A DNA stretch of 64,000 bases, taken from the NCBI GenBank assembly GCA_051251855.1, contig JBPOGI010000001.1:1120001-1184000 (forward strand). Direction: 5' to 3'. Of the stretch, positions 1 through 10,220 are shown one piece after another. Position 1 is the first letter of the stretch; each line of letters opens with the position of its first letter. The notes under the pieces are model-generated. The model was not told where the DNA came from, ran no database searches, and was given only the letters and a program-made list of their open reading frames with translations. Both the position numbers and the translations under genes were made by a program. The DNA is from Roseibacillus sp. Lineage in GTDB: Bacteria > Verrucomicrobiota > Verrucomicrobiia > Verrucomicrobiales > Akkermansiaceae.

Positions 1-69
1 CAAGAAAAATCCTCCCGCGCCAGTCACAGCGGCGAAGACAACAGCAATCGCGATTCCAGTGTTGTTCAT
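1..69 (-). CDS. 5' end of a gene running off the window edge; N-terminal hydrophobic signal/anchor
   Basis: Manual translation from ATG at 69: MNNTGIAIAVVFAAVTGAGGFFL, open to the edge; divergent from moeB. Confidence 0.6.
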   Translation of the reverse strand, partial: MNNTGIAIAVVFAAVTGAGGFFL

Positions 70-199
70 AACCGTTCCACACTGCGCCAAACCCCACCAT
101 CTCGCCAATTCCAAAAAGAGACTGATTTCCCACTCCGCGCAGCCGCCTTCTTTCCGAGGGTTGTTTTAGGAGCAGTTCTAGTGTCCATTAAGGCCTTCG

Positions 200-1285
200 A
201 TGACCCCATCTCAGAAGCAACGTTACCTCCGCCACACCCTTCTCCCTCAAGTGGGAGAAGCCGGCCAAGAAAAGCTCTTGGATGCCTCCGTCCTTATTAT
301 TGGTTGCGGTGGGTTGGGCTCGCCTGCAGCTCTCTACCTCGCAGCTGGAGGGGTTGGGAAAATTGGGCTCGTAGATCCCGATCATGTCGACCGTTCCAAC
401 CTCCAGCGCCAAATTCTTTTCAACGAGACACAGGTTGATCATTCGAAGGTCAAAGCGGCCACCGCTCGGCTCAAGGAGCTCAATTCTGACCTCATTATCG
501 AGCAACACCCCGTCCGCTTCACAGTCGACAACGCCATGGACCTCGCTCGGTCCTACGACCTCATCCTCGATGGGTCCGATAATTTCCCCACCCGTTACCT
601 GACCAACGACTGCGCCTTTTTCCTGAAAAAGCCCCTCATCTACGGATCCATTTTTCAGTTTGATGGTCAGATTACCGTCTTCGATCCACATCGCGAAGGC
701 CCCTGTTATCGTTGCCTGCTCCCCGACGCTCCCGCCGCCAATGCGGTTCCCAATTGCGCTGAAGCAGGCGTCCTCGGAGCCCTCCCTGGGATCGTCGGAT
801 CTCTGCAAGCCATGGAAGCTCTCAAAGTGCTGTTAGACATCGGCGAATCACCACTTGGAAAACTGATCTGCTACGACGCTTTGCGCACCAGCTTTCGAAC
901 GATCAAGCTTCGCAAAAATCCTGATTGCATCCTCTGTGGAGACAACCCCAGCCTTGAAACTTTGCGGCACGAAGGCCATAGCTGCCCCGTGAACGCCCCT
1001 TACCAAGATGTCACCCCCGAGGAATTCCGTCAGATGCAGTCCCAAGGTTGGGACGGTATCCTTCTCGATGTGAGAACTCCTGAAGAATACGCTGCCCAGT
1101 CTATCGCAGGTTCACACTTTCTGCCCTTGCAGGAACTTCCCACTAGAATGAGCGAGCTTCCCAAGGACAAGCCCATCGTCATCCATTGCAAATCTGGAAT
1201 ACGCTCCGCCAATGCCTGCATGTTCTTAGCCGAGAACGGCTTCTCTGACCTCGCCAACTTGGCGGGTGGAATCGACGCTTGGTAG
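200..1285 (+). CDS. moeB: MoeB/ThiF-family adenylyltransferase with C-terminal rhodanese domain (MoeZ-type)
   Basis: RYLRH, GCGGLG, SNLQRQ, CYRC and CILC zinc motifs; rhodanese DVRTPEEY...HCKSGIRS. Confidence 0.93.
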   Translation: MTPSQKQRYLRHTLLPQVGEAGQEKLLDASVLIIGCGGLGSPAALYLAAGGVGKIGLVDPDHVDRSNLQRQILFNETQVDHSKVKAATARLKELNSDLIIEQHPVRFTVDNAMDLARSYDLILDGSDNFPTRYLTNDCAFFLKKPLIYGSIFQFDGQITVFDPHREGPCYRCLLPDAPAANAVPNCAEAGVLGALPGIVGSLQAMEALKVLLDIGESPLGKLICYDALRTSFRTIKLRKNPDCILCGDNPSLETLRHEGHSCPVNAPYQDVTPEEFRQMQSQGWDGILLDVRTPEEYAAQSIAGSHFLPLQELPTRMSELPKDKPIVIHCKSGIRSANACMFLAENGFSDLANLAGGIDAW

Positions 1286-1364
1286 TTGATCAAACTCTCG
1301 TTAATCGCAACTGATAAGGGGAGTGTGAAATTCTGGGGGCCCTCCTCTCTAAATACGGGCCCAT

Positions 1365-1392
1365 AAAAAAGCAGGGACATCGCTGCCCCTGC
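1365..1392 (-). terminator. Rho-independent terminator of sodA
   Basis: Minus strand GCAGGGGCA-GCGA-TGTCCCTGC then T6 (GNRA loop). Confidence 0.85.
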
Positions 1393-1442
1393 TCAAAAAA
1401 TTAAACAAGAAGCCACAAGGCCCCTGCTCAGCCCACAAATGA

Positions 1443-2075
1443 CTAGGCCTTACCAGCCGTGTAATTTGCAGCCACCACATCCCAGTTCACCACATTCCAA
1501 AATGCGTTGATGTAATCCGGACGGCGGTTCTGGTAGTTCAAATAGTAAGCGTGCTCCCAGACATCAAGTCCGAGCAAAGGAGTGCAACCGCAGGTGTCCG
1601 CAGCTTCTCCCATCAACATGCTATCTTGGTTAGGAGTTGAGGTCACACAGAGCTTGCCCTCGGGCTTCATACCCAACCATGCCCAGCCAGAGCCAAAGCG
1701 GGTCGCAGCAGCAGTCGCGAACTTCTCCTTCATCGCATCCAAGGACCCGAAGGCCTCATCGATAGCAGCGGCCAATTCGCCGCTGGGAGCATTCGCACCT
1801 CCAGGAGCGATCACTTTCCAAAAGAGACTGTGGTTCGCGTGTCCGCCACCATTGTTGCGCACCGCGCCACGGGCCGACTCCGGCACTGCGTCGAGGTTAG
1901 AAATCAACTCTTCAATGCTTTTGCTCTCCAAATCAGCGTTACCTGAAATGGCATCGTTCACCTTGGCAACATAAGCCGCGTGATGCTTGCTGTGGTGAAT
2001 TTCCATAGTGCGCGCGTCAATGTGCGGCTCCAATGCATCGTATCCGTATCCCAATTCGGGTAATTCGTAGGCCAT
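1443..2075 (-). CDS. sodA: Fe/Mn superoxide dismutase (Mn-type-like)
   Basis: [31 protein letters not shown] motifs. Confidence 0.96.
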   Translation of the reverse strand: MAYELPELGYGYDALEPHIDARTMEIHHSKHHAAYVAKVNDAISGNADLESKSIEELISNLDAVPESARGAVRNNGGGHANHSLFWKVIAPGGANAPSGELAAAIDEAFGSLDAMKEKFATAAATRFGSGWAWLGMKPEGKLCVTSTPNQDSMLMGEAADTCGCTPLLGLDVWEHAYYLNYQNRRPDYINAFWNVVNWDVVAANYTAGKA

Positions 2076-2182
2076 GATCTGTTTTCTGTGTCAGTTTCGT
2101 TTTGCCAGCGTCCCGACGTTATGTCAGAAAGCTCTCCCGCAAAGCAAAGCACTTCCTTTGTTTTGCGCAAGTGACAAACACC

Positions 2183-3811
2183 ATGCCCTCTCTTTCTTTC
2201 GACATACTCCTCTTGTCCCAACTCACCCAAGCGGAAGCCGCTCGTTTCCAAGTATACTTCCAAATCGGTTGTGGAGTCTTTGGATTCCTCGCTGGGCTCT
2301 TCCTGATGTGGCTCATTTTACGGGCCAAATTCGCGACCTTAAAAGTCCGTCACGAAGAACAAGCACGCACCGCCGAGAAATCTATTGCCGCCCTCGAGGC
2401 CGGTTCCGCCAATCTTGAGTCCGACCTCGAGGAGCTTCGCAACACCGAGTCCATCCTCCTCAAGCGCCAAGGTGAGCTCGAAGCCAACCTCACGGGCCAC
2501 AAGCGTCGCCATGCTGAACAGCAGCAGCTTCTCAACGATATGGAGGCCCGCTTCACCAATACCTTCCGCACCCTCTCCAACGACGCCCTGCAGAATAGTC
2601 AGAAGCAGTTTGTCACTCTCGCCCAACAGGCCATGCGTGCCACCCAGGAGGAAGCGCAAGGCGTTTTCGACAAGCGCCATATCGCCGTCGAACAACTCAT
2701 CGCTCCCGTCGCTCAATCTCTCGAAAAAGTTCAGTCCCGCGTCGGTGAAATCGAACTCGCTCGCGAGAATGCCTACACCTCTCTCTTGGAGCAGGTGCGT
2801 CACCTCGCCGAGTCGCAGGCCTCCCTCAACCAAGAGACCCATCGTCTCGTCAAAGCACTTCGCCAACCTTCTGGCCGCGGCCAATGGGGCGAAATGCAGC
2901 TCAAGCGCTGCGTCGAAATGGCCGGAATGCAAGAGCACTGCGAGTTCCTCAATAATCCCGCCGCCAACGGCAACAAAGACGCTCTCATCACCAGCACCCA
3001 ACTGCGCCCCGATCTTCTCGTCAAACTTCCCGGCCAACAGCAGGTTGTCGTCGACGCCAAGGCCCCCATGGGAGCTTACCTCGATGCCCTCGAGGCAGAA
3101 GACGACCAAGAGCGAGATACTCTCCTCATCCGTCACGCCCAGCAAATCAGCGAGCACATTCAGAAGCTTGCCTCTCCCGACTACTTGGAACAGTTCGACA
3201 CCGCCCCCGAGTTCACCGTCCTCTTCCTTCCTTCCGAGTCCTTCTTCTCGGCGGCACTCAACCACGATCCCGCTCTCATTGAAAAGGGAGTCGACCAAGG
3301 CGTCATCCTTGCCACTCCCACAACCCTCATCGCTCTTCTTCGTGCCGTCTCCTATGGCTGGCGCCAAGAAGCGCTTGCCGAGAACGCTCGCCAGATCTGC
3401 ATCCTCGGCGGCGACCTCTACCAGCGCCTCACGACCCTCACTGAGCATTTCTCAAATATGGGCCAATCTCTCGACAATACTGTCAATGTCTACAATCAGG
3501 CAATGTCGTCTCTCGAGACAAAGGTTCTCCCTGGAGCTCGCAAGTTCGAAGAACTCGGTGCTGCCAATGCGAACCAGCCCATTGCCGAGCTTCCCCGCCT
3601 TCAAGTTCAAGCGCGCAACCTTACCATCTCCAACGAGCAAGAATTCAGCCCAGCTCTCGACAGCTTTGCCAGCGAATCCGTTAGCGAGGAACAGTTCGAG
3701 GGCTTCACTGCTGAAAAGCCAGAGCCCGAAATCGAGCAAGAAGCCGAGAAAGAAAGCAAGGCCAACGCTGCAGCCGACGACCTCCGTGCGGCGCTCGAAG
3801 GGTCCAAGTAA
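2183..3811 (+). CDS. rmuC: DNA recombination protein RmuC
   Basis: N-terminal TM, coiled coil, RGQWGEMQL, RPD..VKLP...VVDAK, ATPTTLIALL; start moved from TTG 2102 to ATG 2183. Confidence 0.92.
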   Translation: MPSLSFDILLLSQLTQAEAARFQVYFQIGCGVFGFLAGLFLMWLILRAKFATLKVRHEEQARTAEKSIAALEAGSANLESDLEELRNTESILLKRQGELEANLTGHKRRHAEQQQLLNDMEARFTNTFRTLSNDALQNSQKQFVTLAQQAMRATQEEAQGVFDKRHIAVEQLIAPVAQSLEKVQSRVGEIELARENAYTSLLEQVRHLAESQASLNQETHRLVKALRQPSGRGQWGEMQLKRCVEMAGMQEHCEFLNNPAANGNKDALITSTQLRPDLLVKLPGQQQVVVDAKAPMGAYLDALEAEDDQERDTLLIRHAQQISEHIQKLASPDYLEQFDTAPEFTVLFLPSESFFSAALNHDPALIEKGVDQGVILATPTTLIALLRAVSYGWRQEALAENARQICILGGDLYQRLTTLTEHFSNMGQSLDNTVNVYNQAMSSLETKVLPGARKFEELGAANANQPIAELPRLQVQARNLTISNEQEFSPALDSFASESVSEEQFEGFTAEKPEPEIEQEAEKESKANAAADDLRAALEGSK

Positions 3812-3850
3812 TCGAAGACAAGCAGATCGCCTGATGTCCACGGCGCTGCT

Positions 3851-4615
3851 CTATTCCTTCTCAAAGAGGTAACGCCTATTCTTCACCTTAACATTAGGCG
3901 GCACCTTCTTCTCCTCGAACCAATCATAGCCGACCTTCAGGTTCTTCCAAAAATCTTCCCACTTCTCCCCCTTACTCTGAGCCATTCTTTCGGATGTCAT
4001 CCGAAAGGGAAAGCAGTGGACACGAAAATAGGGCTGTCCGCCTGCCAACGCCGCATCACAAAGGGTATAAATTTCCTCAATTTTAGCGTCTGTCATAGCG
4101 AAACACCCAATCGACTGACGATCACCGTGCACCATAATAAAAGAGCCCGTCCGCCCATGAGAACGGTCATAGGAATTTGGGTAGCCAATATTAAAAGCGA
4201 GATGATAAAGACTCTTCGGGTTCATCATCGAGCGCGGCACGAAGTAGAATCCTTCTGGAGCTTGAAAATCCCCCTCTGCTAGCTTCGGCCCCAGTTTACC
4301 CGACATCGCCGCAATGGAATAGGTGCGGAATTTCACGAACCTGCTCCCTTCCAGAACCCAGAGCTCCAGCTCCAGCTCTTCCTTAAAGACTCGGATAAAA
4401 ACGGGTTCTCCCAAAGAAAGTCCTAACGATCCTAAATCCTTTTTCAACTTCGGATTGATTCGATCTGCAACCTTCTTAGCACGGTCACCCGACTCTTCAC
4501 TCTTCACCTCCGAAATACTTGCAAACCAAGCCAAAGAACCAAGTAAAACCATGAAAACGGCAAGAGTTCCCATTCCCCCGCTCAATCGACTCTTCTCTGA
4601 CTTCATCTTACCCAT
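3851..4615 (-). CDS. Murein L,D-transpeptidase family protein (YafK/DpaA-like)
   Basis: GPKLAEGDFQAPEGFY, IGYPN..D, HG..SIGCFAM catalytic motif. Confidence 0.9.
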   Translation of the reverse strand: MGKMKSEKSRLSGGMGTLAVFMVLLGSLAWFASISEVKSEESGDRAKKVADRINPKLKKDLGSLGLSLGEPVFIRVFKEELELELWVLEGSRFVKFRTYSIAAMSGKLGPKLAEGDFQAPEGFYFVPRSMMNPKSLYHLAFNIGYPNSYDRSHGRTGSFIMVHGDRQSIGCFAMTDAKIEEIYTLCDAALAGGQPYFRVHCFPFRMTSERMAQSKGEKWEDFWKNLKVGYDWFEEKKVPPNVKVKNRRYLFEKE

Positions 4616-4684
4616 CTAAACTAAGAGCTAACCTTTTCCGGCACAGTTCACAAAGCTTCAGTTCCAAGAAAGGCCTCACTTTTC

Positions 4685-5122
4685 TTAATTTCCACTCATC
4701 CCAGTAATCCCCACCTCATCCCAACCTTCACCTCGAAGACAATTTAAAACATCCATAAATCTCTGATAGCTGGCACCATCCGCCACATCTAATCGGACCC
4801 CTTTCCGACTCCCTCTCAACATTGCGAGCCGGTCTTTCAAACCCACAAGTCCATGATCTGCATTTGCCCCTGCGACTTCCTCTTCGAAGCTTTGCCTAGG
4901 ATGGAGCACCACACGATTATCTTCCTCAACCCGAATAACGATGGGCTTTAAGTCCCCAGGCATCCCTTCTCTCGGCACCGCCATCGGCATATCCTGCTCT
5001 TTCGCTAACAATGTTGTAGTCGCTAAAAAGAAGACTAACAGTAAGAAGCTCAAATCAACCAGTGAACTCATATCAACGTCCACCGAACCACCTGCTAACT
5101 TCCCGACACGTCTTTTCCTCAT
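4685..5122 (-). CDS. exbD: ExbD/TolR-family biopolymer transport protein
   Basis: DMSSLVDLSFLLLVFFL TM with conserved Asp; ADGASYQRFMDVLN; start taken at ATG 5122. Confidence 0.8.
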   Translation of the reverse strand: MRKRRVGKLAGGSVDVDMSSLVDLSFLLLVFFLATTTLLAKEQDMPMAVPREGMPGDLKPIVIRVEEDNRVVLHPRQSFEEEVAGANADHGLVGLKDRLAMLRGSRKGVRLDVADGASYQRFMDVLNCLRGEGWDEVGITGMSGN

Positions 5123-5311
5123 ACTCCTTATGAACGCGCTCAAACTTATTCTCTTAGAAAAACAATATCTCTTAGGAGCTCTCACGGATTTCTATTCATT
5201 AGGCATTCCAAAAATGCGTGAACTGCCGCAACCGTGTCATCCTGTTCCGATATGTCGTAAGATACTCTCGGTAATCAGACAAACAGATGGTTAAGGTTAA
5301 TTAACAACGCT

Positions 5312-6376
5312 ATGAATCCCAAATTCGCTATTGCAGCACTATATTTCCAGGGACAGATGTTCGCCTTTGACATCACCTTAGATTACTCACACGACAATTT
5401 TTTCACCAACATTGACAACCCATATGGAGCTGTGGGGCAGGCAGCAATCCAAGCGGCAGCCGACGAGATTTCAGGCCTGATTACGAACTCCTTGGCGCCC
5501 ATCACCAACGACGTCATCAGCGCTTCCTCGGGGGGAGCTACGGCCCAATTTACCATGACCTATAACTACGTCGACCCCAACACTGGCAGCACAACTAACC
5601 TACTGCAACGTTCCCCCACTGGTATTGGTGCCGACGAGATTGTGGTCTATGTCGGAGCTCGTAGTATGGATATCTCAACCTACGCGGAAGCGTCTCCCGG
5701 AACCCCTTCTGTATCGATTGGCGGTGGAGGTTCGGAGGCCGGTTGGGTCTCGGCGATGTCCCAAGCCAACACCGCAATGAATCTCATGTATGGCCGAGGA
5801 GGCTACGACATGCAACGAATCTCAGGCGGAGCCACTTTTGGTTCTACGACCGCTAACTACGACCTGAATTTTGGACCAGTGACTGGCAGCATGTGGTTCA
5901 ACGACTCTCTTGGAGACTCGTCCTCAGGACGAGAATCATGGGAGGAAAACAACGATTTTTGGCATTTCGATCACACCACGGAAGTAGACACTGGAAAAAT
6001 CGATATCTATAGCATTGCCCTACACGAGATACTCCACGTCCTTGGCTATGGAACGAGTGAGAGCTGGGATGATTACACCTCGGGTTCAGATTGGACAGGC
6101 CCTGAGGCAAGCGCGCTTTTGGGAACAGGCGAAGACGCGCTCCATTCCGATGGCTACCACATTGCGTCTGGTCTAGAGAGCCCAGGCTACGAGGATGGAG
6201 TTCTGCGCAACACAGTTATGAACCGCTCTCCGGTGGCGGGTGAACGAGATCAACTCACCCTGTTAGACCTCGCCTTCCTCCAGGACTCAGGATATGAAAT
6301 CGGGGCCATTCCTGAGCCGCAGAGTGCTATTCTAATCACCCTCACCTGCGGCCTTTTCCTAAAGCGCCGGCGGTAG
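5312..6376 (+). CDS. PEP-CTERM-sorted zinc metalloprotease-like surface protein
   Basis: Signal peptide, HEILHVLGY zincin motif, C-terminal IPEP + TM + KRRR. Confidence 0.85.
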   Translation: MNPKFAIAALYFQGQMFAFDITLDYSHDNFFTNIDNPYGAVGQAAIQAAADEISGLITNSLAPITNDVISASSGGATAQFTMTYNYVDPNTGSTTNLLQRSPTGIGADEIVVYVGARSMDISTYAEASPGTPSVSIGGGGSEAGWVSAMSQANTAMNLMYGRGGYDMQRISGGATFGSTTANYDLNFGPVTGSMWFNDSLGDSSSGRESWEENNDFWHFDHTTEVDTGKIDIYSIALHEILHVLGYGTSESWDDYTSGSDWTGPEASALLGTGEDALHSDGYHIASGLESPGYEDGVLRNTVMNRSPVAGERDQLTLLDLAFLQDSGYEIGAIPEPQSAILITLTCGLFLKRRR

Positions 6377-6387
6377 AGCTGCTTTCT

Positions 6388-7035
6388 CTACTGGCGGAAA
6401 AGACCTCCAAATTTGGAGTTCTTTCTCTTATCACTTGGTGCTGGTGGCTGCCAGCTTGTGACGACTGAAGGTTGAGCTTCTCCTGCTACGACCTCTTCGG
6501 GGACTGATTCTACAACCTCCTCGACGGCTTCCAGTTTTTGAAATGGATTAGGGCGTTCAGTCTGAACAGGCTCAGAGAATACTTCCAACTTGGTAGAAGG
6601 CTCCTCGACCTCTTCCTGCACTTGAACAATGGGATGTGAGTCCACAATTGTTTCAGCTGGTTCAACCAACTCGGCTTCAACAATTTTCCCAACGGGAGCT
6701 TCCTCCTCAAGTCGTTCAACTTCTTGGATAGTCTGAACAGGCTCTTGCTCTGGCATCACTTCATCAAAAATTGATGGAGAGACAGCTTCAGGAACTTCCA
6801 CTTCATTTACCACAATGGCATCCTCCTCCATTTCGGTAGCCATGAGAAAAGGACTCACCAATGGAGCTGTATCTTCTACCGCTGGAGCCTCAGACTCTGT
6901 CGTAACAGCCACAGGCTCAGCAACAGGAAGTGTCGTGACTTTGGACGCTTCCGGTAAAACCTGAAACTCAGGGATAGGAAACGGCTCAATCTGAAAGGCA
7001 ATTTTTCCGGGACGAGGAGCAACGGACTGGAACAT
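6388..7035 (-). CDS. Hypothetical Glu/Val/Pro-rich, probably disordered protein
   Basis: Open frame filling the gap, acidic low-complexity sequence, C-terminal KFGGLFRQ; start at ATG 7035. Confidence 0.65.
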   Translation of the reverse strand: MFQSVAPRPGKIAFQIEPFPIPEFQVLPEASKVTTLPVAEPVAVTTESEAPAVEDTAPLVSPFLMATEMEEDAIVVNEVEVPEAVSPSIFDEVMPEQEPVQTIQEVERLEEEAPVGKIVEAELVEPAETIVDSHPIVQVQEEVEEPSTKLEVFSEPVQTERPNPFQKLEAVEEVVESVPEEVVAGEAQPSVVTSWQPPAPSDKRKNSKFGGLFRQ

Positions 7036-7101
7036 GACAGTATAAAACCATAAAATGTCACACTTTGTCAACAATTTAGCATTTTTAACCATCTTCTTCG
7101 A

Positions 7102-7725
7102 ATGGTTCTTGTTTCCGAAGGCACCCCTATTGCACAAAGACCCGTGCTTACGTTGGGAATTCTCGGTTCTGGGTCTGGTTCGAATATGCAGGCAATTCTG
7201 GATGCTATCTCCTCAGGGCGCTTGAAGGCCCGCATAGCGCTAGTTCTGTCGGATCAACCTGAAGCATTCATTCTTGAACGGGCAAAGAACAACAATTTGC
7301 CAACAGGGCTGATTGACTGCCACGGCTACCAAACCCGTTTTCCGGAGTCAGCGCAACTCGCGACTGCGAAGATGCTCCAAGATGCGAAGGTAGACCTCGT
7401 GTGCCTCGCTGGATTCATGCGTCTGGTGAAGACTCCGCTCCTCGAAGCCTTTCCTAGCCGCATTCTCAATATCCATCCTTCCCTTCTCCCAGCCTATCCC
7501 GGCATGGCTGCTTGGGAGCAAGCCGTTGACGCTGGAGCCCAAGAAAGTGGTTGCACGGTCCATCTTGTTGACTCGGGAATGGACACTGGTCCGGTCCTAG
7601 GCCAAGCGCGCGTGCCGGTGCTTCCATCCGATACTGCAACTAGTCTGCATCAACGGATACAGGTTGAGGAACATCAACTCTATCCGGAGGTAATTGCGCG
7701 TTACGCCCAATCTCTTGCTGATTAG
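7102..7725 (+). CDS. purN: Phosphoribosylglycinamide formyltransferase
   Basis: GSGSGSNMQAI, LAGFMR, NIHPSLLP, GCTVH.V..GMDTGP. Confidence 0.96.
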   Translation: MVLVSEGTPIAQRPVLTLGILGSGSGSNMQAILDAISSGRLKARIALVLSDQPEAFILERAKNNNLPTGLIDCHGYQTRFPESAQLATAKMLQDAKVDLVCLAGFMRLVKTPLLEAFPSRILNIHPSLLPAYPGMAAWEQAVDAGAQESGCTVHLVDSGMDTGPVLGQARVPVLPSDTATSLHQRIQVEEHQLYPEVIARYAQSLAD

Positions 7726-8413
7726 ATTTCTCTAATGGGTGTCCCTCGACAGGCAAATACTCCCATTCTCCTAGGTGACGAGGTCTGGTGTCAAAGACCC
7801 TGACATCGAGCCACATTTTCACCCTCGCCGCGACTTCCCTGAGATTGGTCTTCAGCCCCACACCACTGGGAACATCTTGTGCATTGTAGCCCACAAACTC
7901 GAGTCCCTCATTCTGGGCAATGTAGGCAGCTCTCTCATTGTGAAATTTTTGCGAAATAAGAATCACCGAAGGGGCCCGAAAAACCTCCTTGGCCCTCACC
8001 ACGGTATCAAGCGTCCGCAGCCCTGCGAAGTCGCGAACGATGACCTCTTTAGGAACCCCTCTTTCAAGGAGAGCATCACGCATCTTGTTAGGTTCATTGT
8101 AATACTTCTCACGATTATCGCCTGACACCAAAAGACACTCCACTTTTCCCGCTTCCCAAAGGTCAACTGCAGCATCAATGCGGTGAGTGAAATAGAGATT
8201 ATCGCGCTCTCCAACCTTATCTGTAGTTCCGAAAAGAAGTCCTACCGGCTGGGCCGGTATCTCGCTCACTTGGTCGTAGAGACGCCCTTCTCCTGCCCTC
8301 GCTGCCGTCAAATTAGCATAGAAAATGAAAGCCACTGCAAGGAAGCCTGCAACGAAAGCAAACTTCACGAGATGGCGGAACCACTTCTTCAAATTGACGG
8401 ATTCTAAACTCAT
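7640..8413 (-). CDS. sanA: SanA/YdcF (DUF218) family membrane-anchored protein
   Basis: N-terminal TM, VSGDN, NEP..M, DFAGLRTLD, SQKFHNERA, REVAAR; ATG overlaps upstream TGA (ATGA). Confidence 0.85.
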   Translation of the reverse strand: MSLESVNLKKWFRHLVKFAFVAGFLAVAFIFYANLTAARAGEGRLYDQVSEIPAQPVGLLFGTTDKVGERDNLYFTHRIDAAVDLWEAGKVECLLVSGDNREKYYNEPNKMRDALLERGVPKEVIVRDFAGLRTLDTVVRAKEVFRAPSVILISQKFHNERAAYIAQNEGLEFVGYNAQDVPSGVGLKTNLREVAARVKMWLDVRVFDTRPRHLGEWEYLPVEGHPLEKSNQQEIGRNAQLPPDRVDVPQPVSVDAD

Positions 8414-9360
8414 TTGTTCGGGGTCCAGGGAGAAAGAGCCCTGAGCATTTCCTCCCACTTGGGCATTCCTGCATCCTCTGGCGCCAGGACTCTTAACTTC
8501 TCGGGGATATTTTTGAAAGTCGCCACCTGTGTTTTTCCCCAGAGCTCCCCATCCACTTCAACTGGAATCTCGCGGTCGCACTCGACTCTTAAACCACTCG
8601 ATTGATGGTAGGCAACCGTGTCCATTTTTTCGTCAAACCCTCCGCGAACTAAACCGCCCAACGAATCAGCTACCACCTTATACCCGGCTTCTTTAAAGAC
8701 CAGCACGTCGAGAAGGTCATCTGCATTGTTCGCCTTCCCGAAAAGACGAACCTGTCCTCCGTAGAGAGAGCCATTCCCGACCAATACGGCCACTCCTTCT
8801 TCAACCTGTCCTTCATCGAAGTGCACCGTCATTTTCGGAGGCTTATCCCCCAGAACCTTCATCGCCGAAATGAGGTAAGCCAAGGGCCCAAGAGCCTTCT
8901 TAGCCTCCCACTTCGTCTCCTCAATGACTTGAGCGTCAAATCCGACTCCCGCCATCTGAACGAAGGGAGCCCCATTCATGGTAAACAAGTCGACATCAAC
9001 TTGGTTCCCTTTGTCGATGACTTCAAAGGCCAACTTCAACTGATCAACGGGAAGACCGAGCTCACGGGCAAAGACGTTCATCGTTCCCGTCGGCAAGATT
9101 CCCAAAGCTGTCTTTTTCCCGGCCAGCCCTTTCACCACTGCATTCAAGGTTCCGTCGCCACCTGCCGCAATTACAATAGGTTCACCTGCGTCAGCAATGG
9201 TTGCGGCAAGTTCCTCAGCTTCTTCCCCCGAGTTCGAGGCATAGATCGCGAATCGCCCAGCATGGTCCATGATGAAGCGTCGTGCTCCATCCGCACGCTC
9301 GCTGCGCGCCTTTGGATTCATAATGAGGGGATATCGATTCCCGTGGCTTGTCTTAATCAT
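8410..9360 (-). CDS. Diacylglycerol/lipid kinase family protein (YegS/DagK-like)
   Basis: NPKA, AAGGDGT, LPTGTMNVFA, GVGFDA, VDGE. Confidence 0.92.
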   Translation of the reverse strand: MIKTSHGNRYPLIMNPKARSERADGARRFIMDHAGRFAIYASNSGEEAEELAATIADAGEPIVIAAGGDGTLNAVVKGLAGKKTALGILPTGTMNVFARELGLPVDQLKLAFEVIDKGNQVDVDLFTMNGAPFVQMAGVGFDAQVIEETKWEAKKALGPLAYLISAMKVLGDKPPKMTVHFDEGQVEEGVAVLVGNGSLYGGQVRLFGKANNADDLLDVLVFKEAGYKVVADSLGGLVRGGFDEKMDTVAYHQSSGLRVECDREIPVEVDGELWGKTQVATFKNIPEKLRVLAPEDAGMPKWEEMLRALSPWTPNK

Positions 9361-9913
9361 GTTGAAAATTCTTCAATTCAGTCACTACCCGCGTAACCGG
9401 CAGTCCCATCACATTGTCGCGGCAACCGTCCACTTCTGCAATGATCAGTTCGCCTCCGTCTTGAATAGCGTAGCCACCAGCCTTATCGAGGACATGAACT
9501 TTGGCATGGTAATCCTTAATATCTTGCTCGCTGAGTTCTTTGAAGCGGACTCGGGTGGCTTCATGGAAGACTTCCTCTCGCTCCCCTTTCAAAATCGCGA
9601 ATCCCGTCACGACCTCATGCCAGTTGCCCGCAAGCGAGCGCAACATCTCGGCACCCTCGTCTAGATCTTGCGGTTTTCCGAGGGTATGCCCGTCAATCAC
9701 AACCACCGTATCTGAACCCAGCACGATCGCCTCGGGATTCTTCGCGCTGATATCACGCGCCTTTAATAACGAATTCTCGCGAGCTAGCTCAACGGGTTCT
9801 CGAGAGTTAGCCGCCAATTCCTCCACTCCTGACGGCTGGACCAAAAAGTCAATCCCTTCGCGCGCAAGGAGCTCGCTGCGCCGAGGAGAACCAGAGGCCA
9901 AAATTAACTTCAC
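9353..9913 (-). CDS. maf: Maf-family nucleotide pyrophosphatase
   Basis: LILASGSPRR, GSDTVV, LGKP, DKAGGYAIQ, NVMGLP. Confidence 0.95.
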   Translation of the reverse strand: MKLILASGSPRRSELLAREGIDFLVQPSGVEELAANSREPVELARENSLLKARDISAKNPEAIVLGSDTVVVIDGHTLGKPQDLDEGAEMLRSLAGNWHEVVTGFAILKGEREEVFHEATRVRFKELSEQDIKDYHAKVHVLDKAGGYAIQDGGELIIAEVDGCRDNVMGLPVTRVVTELKNFQHD

Positions 9914-10111
9914 TCCCGACCTTAGGATTGAAAACTCGTCCCGTGCAAGAGGTCCTCGCGACTTGATAGCCCGTTTTCATCATTACTCCTCTTCTAGATG
10001 CCTAAAACCTCCAGTTCATGCCTGATTCACCTAGGAACTATAGGGAAAATCTATCTGTTGAGCTCTTTTCGCGGAATCCCCCTTCTACGAGGGCCTATCG
10101 ACCGAGTCGCA

Positions 10112-10140
10112 TTGACTCTTGCCCTCGTTCTGCTTAGTTT
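10112..10140 (+). promoter_or_regulatory. Putative sigma70 promoter of DUF1800/DUF1501 unit 1
   Basis: TTGACT-17 nt-TAGTTT; same arrangement upstream of copy 2. Confidence 0.7.
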
Positions 10141-10220
10141 TCGCGCATCAGCCTATCTCAGATAGCTGCACCCCTCAGGCCTGTTCTCCCCCCAGTGTTC
10201 AAAGCCCGATCTGTTCAAAA

